The translations under genes were made by a program, and so were the position numbers. Under the pieces are notes generated by a model. The model searched no databases, was not told the DNA's origin, and saw nothing but the letters and a program-made list of their open reading frames with translations. From Sphagnum compactum (taxonomy: Eukaryota), in NCBI GenBank assembly GCA_965153455.1, contig OZ234493.1:16358213-16422212 (forward strand): 64,000 nt of DNA. The letters are read 5' to 3'. This document shows, piece after piece, positions 27,710 through 40,625 of this stretch (its first letter is position 1; the number at the start of each line of letters is the position of its first letter).

Positions 27710-28070
27710 CAGTGTTGGGCAGGTACTCACTTTGGCAGAATCATTAGATTTGGTTCTTGTTAGCAAAACTCGAATGGGAACTGGGTTTGATTTATGGAAC
27801 TGGATTCAAAACTGGAAATTGGAATTTTTTTTTGTTTCGAACAGAATCGAGCATAATGGTTTCCAACCAACAAGATTGTTGCTTTCATTTATGTCTGGAA
27901 CCAGAATTGTAGCCAAGATTTGTGAAAATAAAAAAAAAGTAAAAAAGTAGGAGGCTTGCTGGAGGTATTCTTGGTTCCATTTATGCATGGAACCAGAACT
28001 GTTCTAATTTTATTATTTACAACCGAACTGGAGGTTGTTCATAAAAGTAAAGAACTGCCCAATTACACTG
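27710..28070. mobile_element. MITE-like element with CAGTGTTGGGCAG ends and GGAAC(C/T)-rich interior
   Basis: Ends are CAGTGTTGGGCAG and CTGCCCAATTACACTG. Related fragments lie near 49060-49270, 50230-50430, 58440-58640 and 59790-60000. TSD not clean. Confidence 0.55.
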
Positions 28071-29819
28071 AAAGAAGTGTCGGGCAGTTACGCAGTTTGG
28101 CTGGTTAGACCAGTCGAGTCTTGTATTATAAAAACTTCTTCACTTTGGCTGAAGAAGTTCCAGTATTCTGAAATTCCAACCCATCAAGATTAAGAACAAA
28201 AAACAAAACGGCGGCCGCAATTGCAGTAATAATAATCAGTGGTGACCTTCCAAAGCTGGATAAATTCGGACCCTCCAAGTTGCTTCAAGCTCATTAAAAG
28301 GATGATGAGCGACGTGGGAAGGTGGAAATTCAGGCTTCGTTGTCACAGACTTCAATTCAATTCATGTAGCAGCTGACTTAGTGTCCACCAAGATTTTTGG
28401 ATTTGGATTCTCAATGAACTCGTCAGTCAGCCACACCACTAGCACCCATTCTGTTCGCAATACTCACGTTCTCATTCAGTTTTGCATTACCCTTTTTGCA
28501 CCACAACTTTCAATATACCTGTGTCCTAGGTCGGCCATGGTGGAAGGAAATAAAGAGGGTAGGGACGGCGGTTTTTTTTTTTTTTCCCTTCAATTTTTTG
28601 GCGAATTTTGTGTTCTTTGGATTTTTAGTCGCCAAATTTATTTCGATTTTTTTTCCAGTATTAAAAAATCGTCAGATGCTATCTTAAGTTCCAGTTGGTA
28701 GGCAAAAATGTTAAAAGACGCTCTCTCTTTTTTTTTTACTTTCATAAAAATTTTATGGCCAAATCTGGTTGAATTGTATTATGGACAATCGCCACTTCAG
28801 CTACATCACAAAATTGAAAAATAAAACACTGGCTACTAGGGTTCCAGAGGCTACTCTTTACAAGAGGGAAACGATTAGGAAATTCTTTATGTTGGGTCTC
28901 GAATTGGAAGAGGCAAAACATCAGATCAAAGCAAAGTGCTACTCAAGAGGTTCTTTAGAAGAGGCAACTGGCTGTGAACACCAACCGGTACTTGCTTATG
29001 TCTGAGCTTGAAGTCGGAAGAGACAAAATGACAGACAGTAAGCGAAACATGCAGTACTTTCAGCCGCTTGGAAGCTACCGTGCCTGTGACTGACACTCGG
29101 CAGTTCAGTTTTATGTCGAAATGTATATATATTTTTGGACACAAATGGTGCAATCCATTGCAAAAAGGACACAAACACAACCAACTCGGGAACATACAAC
29201 CGTACAACTACCAATTCACATTCCCAAACACAGGCGGTTAGTAGTATCAGCTAATTTTTCTGCCATCTCTAGCAAAAAAGAGCTGGCACAAAGAGCTTGG
29301 TGTGGGCTCCAGTTCTTGTCAAACAATTCAAGCAATTTGCTTTCTTCTCTGGGTGATTACTATCAGCACTTGAGTATGCTGCCATTCTAATCTACCATAG
29401 TCAATCAAGCAATCGCACATAGATTTCTTAAGCTTGGTGTCCTGCCATCTGACCCCATTAATATGAGATCGTTGAAATATTTACTTCTTTTGCAAAGAAG
29501 TTTGATAGTCTTAAATCATCTATTTTCAAGATTTCAAAAGTCTAGATGACCTTGTTTTTTTCCTCTTTTGGAGGTCAGGGAGAAGAGAGTCCAACGCGGG
29601 GAGACCATTGTTAAATTAGGAATTATGACGGTGTCAAGGTTATCTCTGAAGACAAGAAAACCAAACCCACAAGTAGAACACATGGCTTCCTTAAAATTGA
29701 GAATTGAGGATGACCATCAAAATGCGAAGGAAAATAGTAGAGGAGAAAACTCAAATTTCATCTTCAATGTTGGATGATTTGAATTTTATCTTGTGTTTTG
29801 TGTTTTGCCTAAATCTACA

Positions 29820-30900
29820 TGTCTGCCTACAGGCCTACTTATGTTATGGAATACCTAAGAGAGAGTAAGGGCATTACACAAAGCCTACCTAATGGGAATT
29901 TTTTGTAATTGAAATTTTTAAAGATTGTTTAGGGGACAACCTAGGTCCTATAAAGGGACAATTTAAGGAGACACTTAAGGGTCTACTCAGGTTGTGGGAT
30001 ACCAAAGATTTACTTTAACAACCACATAAGACCTACCTAGGGAATTCAAGGAGCAACTTAAATGCTTACTTAAGCTATGAGAGATATAATGGCTATTTAG
30101 AAAGCTACGTAGGGGCTACCTAGGAGTTATCAAAAGCTTACATAAAAATTTACATAAGGTTTAACAAGAGGGCTACTTAAATTATGGGATACTTAAAGGT
30201 TATTTAAGAGACTATCTAAAAGCCTACCTAAAAGGCTACCTAAGGAGACACCTAGGGGCCTAGTAGGCCCCTAGTTTATGGGATACCTAATGGTTACTTA
30301 GGGGGCCACATAGTAGAGTTTACTTGTGAGGTTAGATAGGGATTTCTTAAGCTAGAGTATGTTTAAGGATTATTTAAGGGGCTACCTACTATGGACTAAT
30401 AATGCAAAAGGGGATTACATAAGGTTCACATAGGGGGCTATTTAGGGGTTGTTTAGGGTCGATTCATAGCTTTAAATAAGCTTGATGTAGCTCCTTAAAT
30501 AGGTTTTAAAGTAGCTTTAGTAGCAACAAACTTGGGTAGGTCATTAAGTAGCCCTTATTTAACACCTTAAATAATCACTACGTAACCCTTTATGTAGGCT
30601 TTTGATAGTTGTTATTTCAAGTAGTTTAAAACCCAGGTAAGTCCCTAAGTGGTTTTTATGTAATTTGAAAATAAACTCCTAGGTTACTTAAATAGCCTTT
30701 TTAAATAACCTTTAAGTATCCCCGAACCTAGGAAATATTTTTAAGTAGGCTTTATGTAGCTTCCTAAATAACCCTTAACTAGCCTTAAGTAGGCCCCTAG
30801 GTAAGTCCTATGTAATCCCATGTAGGTTTTTCATTATACTCCCTATCCTACATAGGTAGGTAGGCCCTAGTAACTTAACGAAGATTTTATTTAGGTAGTT
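29820..30900. repeat. ~1 kb imperfect foldback built from CTACCTAGG/TAGGG-type subrepeats
   Basis: GGGATACTTAAAGGTTATTTAA (~30187) is the reverse complement of TTAAATAACCTTTAAGTATCCC (~30701). ATCAAAAGCTTACATAAAA (~30129) pairs, with one mismatch, with TTTTATGTAGGCTTTTGAT (~30588). Motif orientation switches near 30450-30500. Confidence 0.65.
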
Positions 30901-31619
30901 TCCTAATTTATGTGACCATATCTCATTTTAAAAAGGCTATGATGGTTACTTTTGGGGTTCATCTTTAGTTTTGATAAATGATATTCACTTTGATGGACTT
31001 TATGGATAGCTCAAAAAAGAAGATGAAATTGTGTAATGAAGACCAAAATTAAGCCCAAAATAATAATAGGAAAAAAAAGGGTTTTGTAACCACTCTATTT
31101 GTAACTACATACAATTAAATGTCATTTGCAATAACTTTGATAAATTTTGTAACTATTTGTCATGTTTGGTCATGTTTGTGACAACATTGCAATTAGTTTT
31201 TTATTATTAATTTTTCATCTTTTCAAGAGGACAACTTTTATTTTGGTCTTCATTAAAAATTAAGGGCCATTTATGCCCCATAAATTACAACTGTGATCAA
31301 ACTTACTTCCAACCCTTTAGGTATATTAAGGGACATTAAAAATATGATTTTTTCTTATTAAGTCTTTTGTCTAGCAAATGTAATAGTTTAGAAGTTCATC
31401 TTTCAAATTTAAGTTTTAGGGTTGGAAATGTTTTAATATAATAATTTTTAATGATATCTTATAAAATGACTTATGGGTGCAGATGTAAATGGGCTCAAAC
31501 GAGCCAAAAATGATGTCAAAATGTCAACTATATATATATATATATATATTGTACATTATTGAAAGAAATTTATGAATAGTTTTTTCATTTTTTCATTTGG
31601 ACAATTTATCGATAAGATA

Positions 31620-32870
31620 TTGAAAGTGGTTGACTACGAATTGTGTTGTTAATGTTGCAAGGGTAGCCTTGCCTGCCTTTTACATTTTTAGAGGTTTAAA
31701 GATGCGAGAAGACCACATACAAGTATGTAGACAAGGAAGATGCATGGTAATGCAAAAGAAAACTTGGATGACATCTTACCTTTTCAAACAATCGTTGGTC
31801 TTCTTTCTAGATTTGTTCGGGGGGGGGGGGGGGGGGGGGGTTTTAAAGAATCAACATCTTTTGATTTTAGATGGACATGGTTCTCATGTCACAATATAAG
31901 CACTTGAACAAGCAATAGAAGTTAAGTTGGACATGGTCACCTTAATCGCTCATATTTTGCATGTGTTCCAAAAATTGGATGACACATATTTCAAAACATG
32001 AGACAACCATTTTTTTTTAAAAACGACTTTCTTATGGCAAAAAAAACTATTTTGAATTAAGCAAAGTCACATTAACAACATGGGTGGAAAGGCTTTGTAA
32101 CAATCCTTGAAAAAAGAAAACATAAAATCATCGATTAAGGTTTTTAAAATATGGCCATTAAATCTTGCAATGATGGTTGGAAATTTTGGTCCAAGTGATG
32201 TGTTCACTATAACAAAATAAAAGGAGCATGAAAACTCATGCCATTCAAATGTAATAGATGAATTTAGCAACAATTAGGCCAAAACTACCAAAAAGATGTT
32301 GAACATAGCATGGACCTTTCAAATATCCCTTCCAACTACTCTTCCATGTCTAATTGCCGTTTTTCACCCATGCTTCATTATTATGTCAAAATACCACATA
32401 GTCCTACCACCCTAACAAACAACCATGCAGAGGATTAGTTGGTCGTGCACTTGGAAGATGTTATTTAGGAATTAGATAACATAATTGGTCCAAGTTAAAT
32501 TCAAGGAGTTATAGGATTGGCTAACCTATAATTGTTGCCAATATAACCAATTAAGAAAAAACAAGGCAATGAAACAGTAGTTGGATATTCCAATTCACAC
32601 CTAGTCACATCATACTAATACTTTGTAGTTCCAAAACAAAAGACAATGAACAAAAACGTTGTTGATAAACTCAAGGAATAGAAAGTGAAAGAAAAGGAAG
32701 ATAAAATATAAAGAAAGGTTAAAGTTATACAACTTACCAAAGTTGAGTGAATGTTTCAAAGGTGAATTGAGAAAGAGGATAAAATTAATTTCAATGATGC
32801 ATGGTCTAGTACTATTGTTGGGGTTGTTGGTAAAACATTCCGCAATAATTTCAAAGCACGGTTTTGAGCA
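31620..32870 (+). mobile_element. Degenerate pogo/Fot1-like (DDE_1) transposase, 5'-truncated, interrupted by a solo LTR
   Basis: WLTTNCVVNVA..PAFYIFRG..MQKKTWMTSYLF..HLLILDGHGSHVT, then LDMVTL..H..QKLD and NIKSS..IWPLN; many stops and frameshifts. Confidence 0.8.
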
Positions 32871-33798
32871 TGACGCACCCCCAAACTCCTGAAAAGCCTC
32901 AAATGCAAATCCCAAAGTAAAAACAACGAAAGAAGAAAAAGTTGGGGCATGCTCCCTAATTTGCAACATTTTTAAGGTAGGAAGGGCGTGCTAGAGTTTC
33001 AAGATGGAAACCAGGACGAGTGATAAGTGGGTCAATTATTCTTATTCATTTGCAAACCGAACAACAAGTTGGTAAACGCATAATTGGAGCATTTGTGATG
33101 CACGGACGCACCATGGGCATACATGAACTCACAAGACTCACCATGATTTAGACTTGGGGGAAACAAACACCTTCCCCTTGATAGTATTTTCAGTGATTGG
33201 CCACAGGGGTTACACCTAAATGTCATTTTTCCCAAGACTCCCAAGCTGGGAGTCCCAAAATTTTCGAAATTAGGATTCTCGCCATTTTGGATGCCCAAAA
33301 CTTCTTGTGCAAACCTCCGATTGAAATGAGGTTTAAAACAAAATTATAATCTTCGTCAAAAGATTTCCAAAAATATATGGAACACCTCCTACACGCATGT
33401 AATTTAGGGCAATTTTCGACTTCTAGTGGTCAAAAGTCAAATTGACACTTTGACTCCCAGCCTTTCTTTCAACCATAATTTGTGTTGTAAATACTCAAAT
33501 GGATCATGCGAGCCCATTTTAGATATGTAAGTTTTAAGAACTTTCCAATGATAGAAGGAAGTTTTCAATCCAATGAGTTTTGACCCCTTCTAATCACTTT
33601 CTAAAGATTTGGGAATCCATAGGGACCCCATAAGGACTCTAATTCCCAAAATGGGAGTCCACTTGGGAATGTGTGGGCTCATTCCTTCACACACTCTCGC
33701 ATTCCTAGGAATGTGAATGTGATTCCCGGGTTAGATTCTTAGCATGTACCTTTCCATACGCTTGTTTTGGTCGCGAACTCAAAGCTAAGGTTGTGAGA
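32871..33798. mobile_element. Solo LTR-like insertion, 928 bp
   Basis: Ends are TGACGCACCCCCAAA and AAGGTTGTGAGA (TG..CA-like, one substitution); 5-bp TSD GAGCA/GAGCC; GGGAGTCC/GACTCCC-rich interior. The flanks rejoin as GVVGKTFRNNFKARF*AHPLSYISFGLG. Confidence 0.75.
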
Positions 33799-34179
33799 GA
33801 GCCCATCCTCTAAGCTATATAAGTTTTGGCTTGGGAATCATGTTTACATAACATGAAAGTGTTAAACAACAAAAAAGGGAAAAATGCAACTTGTTGGGCA
33901 TGTTTTAGCTAAGCTGCAACCTTCCACAAGATAACAATTATAAATGAAGGAGGTTTTGTGGTAGGTTTTGATGGCATTTATGATGGTTAGTCAGAGAGGA
34001 AAGAAAAGGACATAGGGAAAAGACAAATAGGTCAAGGTCTATATAGTGAATTTTAAATGCATTAGTATGGCCATTCATAACAGAAAGGGACCTAAAAAAT
34101 AAATAGGTAAGGGGGGTTTATAATGGTTTTTGGTAACTCATTTGGGGGGAGGCGGATTGATAGTACTTAGACCAAAAAA

Positions 34180-34890
34180 GAACAAATAATAGAGAGGAAT
34201 TAAGGAAGTGAAAGAAAGAGAAATCTTGAAACGTAAGAAAAAAGAGGGAGAAAAAATGCACGAGAAGAAAGAGAAAGGGATTGAGAGGATGGATAAAGAA
34301 AAAAAATGTTTGCACCTCCTATAAACAACGATGGTAATGGGGATTCAAGAGCTTCTGCACATGGGGTGGGCGGTGATAATGGAGAAATGCAAACAAAAAG
34401 ACCAAGTAAAATTAAGGTAAGAAAGAAAAACAATTTAAAATAATAGAGTTTAGGAAAGTTTTGGCCTTTTGACTTCAAGTGTTGGTGTAGTGCATGTTAA
34501 TGGTGAATCTTGGACAAGTCAATGTGAACCTAGGAAAGTCGAACTTGGGTGTTGCTTCTTCAATTGAGCTCTTGCAAGTTATGCTTTGTAGATGGAAGGC
34601 GACCTATGGCTTCTAGAGTGCTAGCTTGTGGCGATGGCAGATTTGAATGTTGGTGTTTGAAAAGAAAGTGATAGAAACATAAAGGGAGCAAGAGAAAACA
34701 AGAGAAATGAAGAAGAAATGATAAAGAAAAAATGATAGAGACAAAGAGAGATGAAAAGAAAGCAAGAGAGATGAAGAAAAAACAAGAGAGAAAAAATAGT
34801 TAAAAACAGATGAAGAAAAAATGAAAGACATACAAAGAGATGAAGAGAAAGTGAAAGAGATAAAAAGGGATGAAGAAAAAGAGAAAGAGG
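34180..34890. repeat. GA-rich low-complexity tracts (a similar tract lies at ~36745-36910)
   Basis: Runs of AGAGA/AAAGA/GATGAAGA; these produce spurious F/L/S-rich ORFs on the minus strand. Confidence 0.8.
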
Positions 34891-37800
34891 TATATCTTTT
34901 TTGTTCATTTATTTAGACCATTCGTGGTTTCATCAAAGTTGATTAACTTTGAAAAAACTTTATTTTTAATCATTTGTCCAAAGGTTTTGGAAATTATTTT
35001 TCAAACTTGTCTTTATTTTTACATTCTTCATTTGGTAAGTTGTCCTTGGCTTGGTATATTTTTCCAAGTTTAGTGACCATTTGGTTATAGTTTTTGGCAT
35101 CTACTTTTGGTTTTTATGTTAAAAAGTTTAACATAAACAATAATTTTTTAAAAACATCCAAACTTGATCATGACCCTACTTCAAACTATGTTTCAAGCAA
35201 GGAAATTTCAAAGATGTGTTACATGATGCAAGCAAGAGAAACCGAGAGACATTTTGTTGACAACAAAGGAACATTACTTATTTAATTTATAAGGAATATT
35301 CCAGTCGCATACATCTATGCAAGGTATGTTTAACAAAACCAATTTTGCAATGTACATGTTTATCTATGTTGGCATTCAATTAAAGGCCAATCCATTAATT
35401 GCAACTTTTTTTCTTCTTCTTGGAAATATGTTGAAACATCCTATAAACAAGTCCTACTTCACCTAGCCCCATCCCATTAAAATTGCAAACAATTTGTTAG
35501 TGGCAAAATGAGGAAAACTAGGCTTTTTAAAGACCCCCAACTTGTTATTGTCATACATGATGCAAAAAAAAAAAACTAAATCATTTTACATAAATCAATA
35601 TGGAGTTAGTGTTCAAACCAAAGTACTATTCTAAATAAAACAACATTGATTTTTGTTGTAACACCTTTTGACTTACCTTTTTTGAAGTTGCCATAACTAT
35701 TCAGCAAAGCTACTACCTTTTAATCATGCCCTTGGATTTACGTAATTGTTTATAAGATTATTCTTTCCTTTTAGTGCTTTGCAACCTACTTATGCACTAT
35801 GTTGTCCAACAACAACTTCAAAAAAGACAAAGTTTCACTAGAAAGTAGTTTGCATATTTTGCATATTGTTCTTTGGAAAGCTCTACCTTGCCTATGTTTT
35901 AAAAGCATTTGTTGCCCTTCTTTCTTCCTGAATCTTATGGTTTGGTTAAATTAATCTATGCACTTATTTTATTTGTCCATAATTCTCCTTGAAAGATTAT
36001 AACATCATTGTTTTGCTCAAATTATATATAAAAAAAGGCAAGTTCTTAAAATCCAACCACTTTTTTTGTCTATGTCTTTCAAAATTTATTGTTGCATGCA
36101 TGCCACCATTGACAAATGTATCTTGAGTCTCAAGCCATCTAGTAATTTTTGTTTTTGTATGTACGGATCAGTTTTGATGTCCACCCATGAAATGGATGAA
36201 GATTTTTCATCTCACAAGTTTTGTATGCCCTTTTTGGGTAACAACATATGCATACACAAGTGTTTGCCTTGATGGGTAGTCAACAAAATAATTTGTATCT
36301 GAAATATGAAGTTCATGCTTTAACATTTTCATTTTTTTTTTCTCATGTAAAATTTAATTCTACATGTAGAATTTCTATTAAGTGTATGTGGAAACATCTT
36401 AAATGTTTGTATTTTAAACATTCAATGAAAAGATCATCTAGTGTGACCTTTTGAGAGGTCTAGATAAAATATCATATCAAACATATGATGTGTCCATATG
36501 TGTGTACACTAGAAGTTTAATAATTCGTAATATATTTCTTTGAGCCTTTTTATATATGCCATTTGGTATATGCTTCCAAAGGTATACATCTTTTTCCTTT
36601 TTTAAAGAGGGAATTTTGTGTTATGTTATTAGCCATGTTTTGAGAGAAAGAGCCTTGGGCAATGGCAAACATGAACAATGGCTTTTAGAGCACCAACCTG
36701 CGATGATGGTAGATGTGAACATCAATATTGAGACCTATTCCAAATAGAGAGATTAAAAGACTACGAGAAATAGAAAAAAATTGATAAGAGGGAGAAAGAT
36801 TGAGAGATAAAAACACAAAAAAAGATAAAACGAGAGTGAATGAAATAAAGAGAGAGGAACAGAGAGCGAGAGAAAACAGAGACAATGAAACAAAGCTAGA
36901 GAAAAATTTAAAAATTGGCATTTGATGCTTTCTTGTAGTAGAAACCAAGAGAAAGTGTAAGAAATTTTAGCTAGGAACTTGACACAATGGTTTTCAGCAC
37001 CTTTTGTAACACCTTTTGTAACAAACAAGGAGAAAGAGACATAATGGTGTTTGTTGCTTACTACACACTTAAACTTGATGTAATGGTGGTTGTCACCTGC
37101 TATGCACTCAAAGCTTGACACAATGGTTCTTGTCACCTGCTACACACTCAAGATAGAGACCCAAGAAAGGAGAATGAGAAACATTGAGAAAAAAAGTTGG
37201 GTAGACCTTAAGAGAATTACGATGGCCATCATTGCAACTTTCTTCTCTCAAATCTAAGAAGGATGGATTGTTCCATGTGGCATTGCAAGGGTCATTGATC
37301 TTAGGTGATAGGTTGGTGTTCAAAAAATTTATACTTCAAAACCCTAAAGACACTCGTGACTATGTGGCTACAGCTGCAAATATTTTCGTCTTATTATAGG
37401 TTTAAAAAAGTTCGAACGATAATAATAAAAGACCAAACTGAATAAATTTCTATTTTCCTAGTTATAGGAAGAATGGTGTTCTTTCATGAAATTTTAAGTG
37501 TTTGTTCAAAAGGTGTAAATTGCATGAAAATAAGAGTCTTATGAGTTATGTCCAATGTTTTTCAAACAACAAGACCCCCCTCACTTTGGGGGGTCATAAC
37601 TTTCTCATTCTAACTCAGAATTGAGTGTTGTAAATGTCTACTAATGCTATGGCTCAAAGGGCACCTCATCTCTTTGAAGGTCATGCACAAAAAACGCACA
37701 GTTATTAAATTCCTGGAGTCTGACTTCTTAAGTGTTCACTCACCGGCCATTCTACCCTAGTGGACAATTGGCTGGTGTGACCCAAAGTGAACTCAGCAGT

Positions 37801-39028
37801 GGAAAACCCTTTGTTTCTGGATCTATAAAGTCATGATGAACTAGCTAGCTTGGCAAATGAATATATTTTGGTCATAACTCATAACAGCCGCACCTGTGCT
37901 GCTCGACACTAATGTTGAGGACTCTGAGGCATTTGCAGTTGGCAACTTGGCACATCCTTATTGGCTTTACAAGCACACTGGAATGCTTCATATACATATG
38001 TACAAGACTTGACAAGTCACATCTGAGTGTAGTTGTCAATGCATAAAGACCTACAAGACATTTGGTAGTGTATCTGGAGGATATGTTCTAAAGTATATTG
38101 CATCCACAAAAGGTGGGTGTTTCCAAAAATGAAATGCTCGCGGGAGTGAGCATTTTGTTTTTTGAAATACCTGTCCTCTTTTTTTTTTCTTTTTTTTGCC
38201 ATGATACCTGCCGATGGGTACCCCAGGGATAAACTAATATAAAAGCATTTCTCATAGGTTTTTACATCGTGTTACACCTGAGGAGCAGGCCATTCCTAAA
38301 ATAAGGACCCCCAAAATTAAGCGCCGACACTTATTTTGTAAACACCCCACTCCATGGGAATTGCCCGACAGAATCAGCCCAACGAAGAGCTGGATTTCCA
38401 GCACTGAGATCTACAACTCCTGAAGGATGTGGGATTTATGAGTTTAACCAAAATGTCTGTCTGCCCTTAAGATTTCTGTGGTTGTTATATGTCATATGGG
38501 ACACACAGACCCTATAAACTTTGCTTTAAACCAAGACAAATTGCAGCAAAGTATTGGATTTCATGTCTTGTTTAACACAAATTTTGTGTCTAGTTTGGTT
38601 ATTATGATTGTGCATATATGGAGGCTATGCAGATGCTAACACATTTCTGATCTTATTGTTCTTTCCAAAGGCTACTAAACAACACAACATTGTTTGAGAA
38701 CAGATTGACACCAGGTGGACCTGAATAGTGGACAGAGATCCCAGTTCATAACTCCTAGTCCCTAGAAATATATCACCATGTCCAATTTATGGAACCATAA
38801 TGAAATGGTGAAGCTGTGGTTGAAGTTTATTCAAGTTGCAAAGCATCATATAATCCAGATTTATTTGTTTGGAATTGCACTCAACTTGCAAAGCATCATG
38901 TAATCAGAATTATGAATTTTGGAATTGCAGAACAAGTGTCCACTATAATCAGACCTGCAAATTAGAATGCTGATTATTCTTGACGATGGAAAGTTTCCTG
39001 AAACCTGCAGAATACACACATCAGATCA

Positions 39029-39478
39029 TCAGTTCCACTGCTGAAACATTGTAGCAGTCTGTCCCTCCTGACCACCATAGATGCCTATAGGTTCAACAAC
39101 CCACACACAGTGCTTGCACATAAAATCACCACCGAATCCGGGACCTTTCCAAACTGGAAACCCTGCATGTTGATTCTGGTACTGGAATGCACAGCTGAAG
39201 AGTGTAGTCCCCCAGAAGTTCATGTGGAACTGAAATCCATACACTGCCCCTGGTGCTAGTGTCTGAAGTTGAAGATCATTGTCCTTTGAGCTACAGTGCA
39301 CAGTAATAGAACCGGGCTCCTTATTGGTGATGCTCACAGACATGGTCGGCCCAAGTTTAGTTGAGTTCAGTGGCATGCTCAACAACATATTGTGCTGCTT
39401 AACCGACTCACAGCTCTGAATTTCCAATGCAAGAGCCAGCAAAAGAACAAAGAAGAAATATTGCATAAGCATTGCCAT
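39029..39478 (-). CDS. Secreted S-protein homologue (SPH; plant self-incompatibility S1 family), 149 aa, intronless
   Basis: Signal peptide MAMLMQYFFFVLLLALALEIQSCES, then VSITN..ITVHCSSKDNDL..GAVYGFQFHMNFWGTTLFSCAF..MCKHCVWVVEPIGIY..W. This matches the SPH signature (HCxSKDDDL, FxFxxNFWGTTLFxC, CxxCxW) with four core Cys. Confidence 0.9.
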   Translation of the reverse strand: MAMLMQYFFFVLLLALALEIQSCESVKQHNMLLSMPLNSTKLGPTMSVSITNKEPGSITVHCSSKDNDLQLQTLAPGAVYGFQFHMNFWGTTLFSCAFQYQNQHAGFPVWKGPGFGGDFMCKHCVWVVEPIGIYGGQEGQTATMFQQWN

Positions 39479-40591
39479 ATGACGCGGAACTTGGATGAGT
39501 TCAAGACAACACTGACTAAAACCTTGACAGCAATGCACACAGAGCTCCAAGAAGGAAAATTGTTTTCTGAGGAAGATCATGAGCTTTTGCACAATCAAAT
39601 TAGGATATATGCTGAAGGTCAATAGGACTACTGTTCTGGAGTGCCTTCTTTGTTTGAAGTAATCCAATTGAGCATGACACTCCTTCACAAATGGGTACTC
39701 CATTGAATACTCCATCTGATGTGACATCAAAATGTGAAGAAATAAGCTAAAGGGTCTGTGTCAATCTACATATTAAGATATGTGTTTGTTTGTTTGGATG
39801 TGATCATGTTGTAACCCTCTTGAACCATGGGGGCCCCCTCGCTCCGCTTTTGGTACAGACAGAAAGTGTTCGATGAGTAGATGAGCATGTTTGTCATCTC
39901 ACAATTTTTGGACCAATGGAGAAAACTTTGTTATAATTAAATGATTTTCATCTCTCAGAATTATATTAATGTTAATTTAGTGAGCTTATGTAGGCACCTT
40001 TGAAATTGAGCACACTTTGGATCAGAGTACTATCGGGATGGGTGAACTTATATGAGTTTTTAATATACTTGGGCCAACAGCACATCATAGCTAGACCAAA
40101 TGTAAAGGTTATATAATATTTTTATTTTGGGAGTGTGCATCTAAGTGTTGAAAATCAGATGGGTGCCACCCAAATACTTGAATAAATAGTCATCACTATT
40201 AAAAAGACAATGAAATTAATGATAATTTGTGTGTAGTGAAAAGAAAATAACATGAGAAAATAAGGTCATAATAATTCAAACATATATAGGGATCTTCTAA
40301 TATTTCATCATAAAATAATAATTGATTAATGAGACAACTAGACAGATAATATGGACCAAATATAGTTTTTGGATAATGAACCAATGAAAGATGCACATCA
40401 CAATGAAAAACAACCCAAAAAAATAAAATAAAATCAGGTTTGGTGCACTCACATAACTAATATTGGGTAGACCCCACATGGGGAATCGATTGAAAATGAC
40501 CACCATAACACCAAGGATGCACCAAGTTGCCACACCTACAATTAGCCCATCATGGATTTTAAATGTTAGTAGCCATCAATTTTCATACGAA

Positions 40592-40625
40592 CTAGTGTGG
40601 CCTGTGCCGTTGGGCCAAGTGTTAC
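40592..40625 (-). mobile_element. Possible Helitron 3' terminus
   Basis: Minus strand reads TTGGCCCAACGGCACAGGCCACACTAG|T: a short GC-rich imperfect hairpin just before CTAG followed by T. Confidence 0.3.

Noticed and set aside
34118..37136. F/L/S-rich ORFs resembling membrane proteins
   Set aside because: They are translations of GA/CT low-complexity DNA; the same applies to 53129-53762.
39029..39730. Full 233-aa ORF as the SPH product
   Set aside because: The signal peptide and family similarity start at Met 39478; the upstream 84 codons show no family features (kept only as a low-interest finding).
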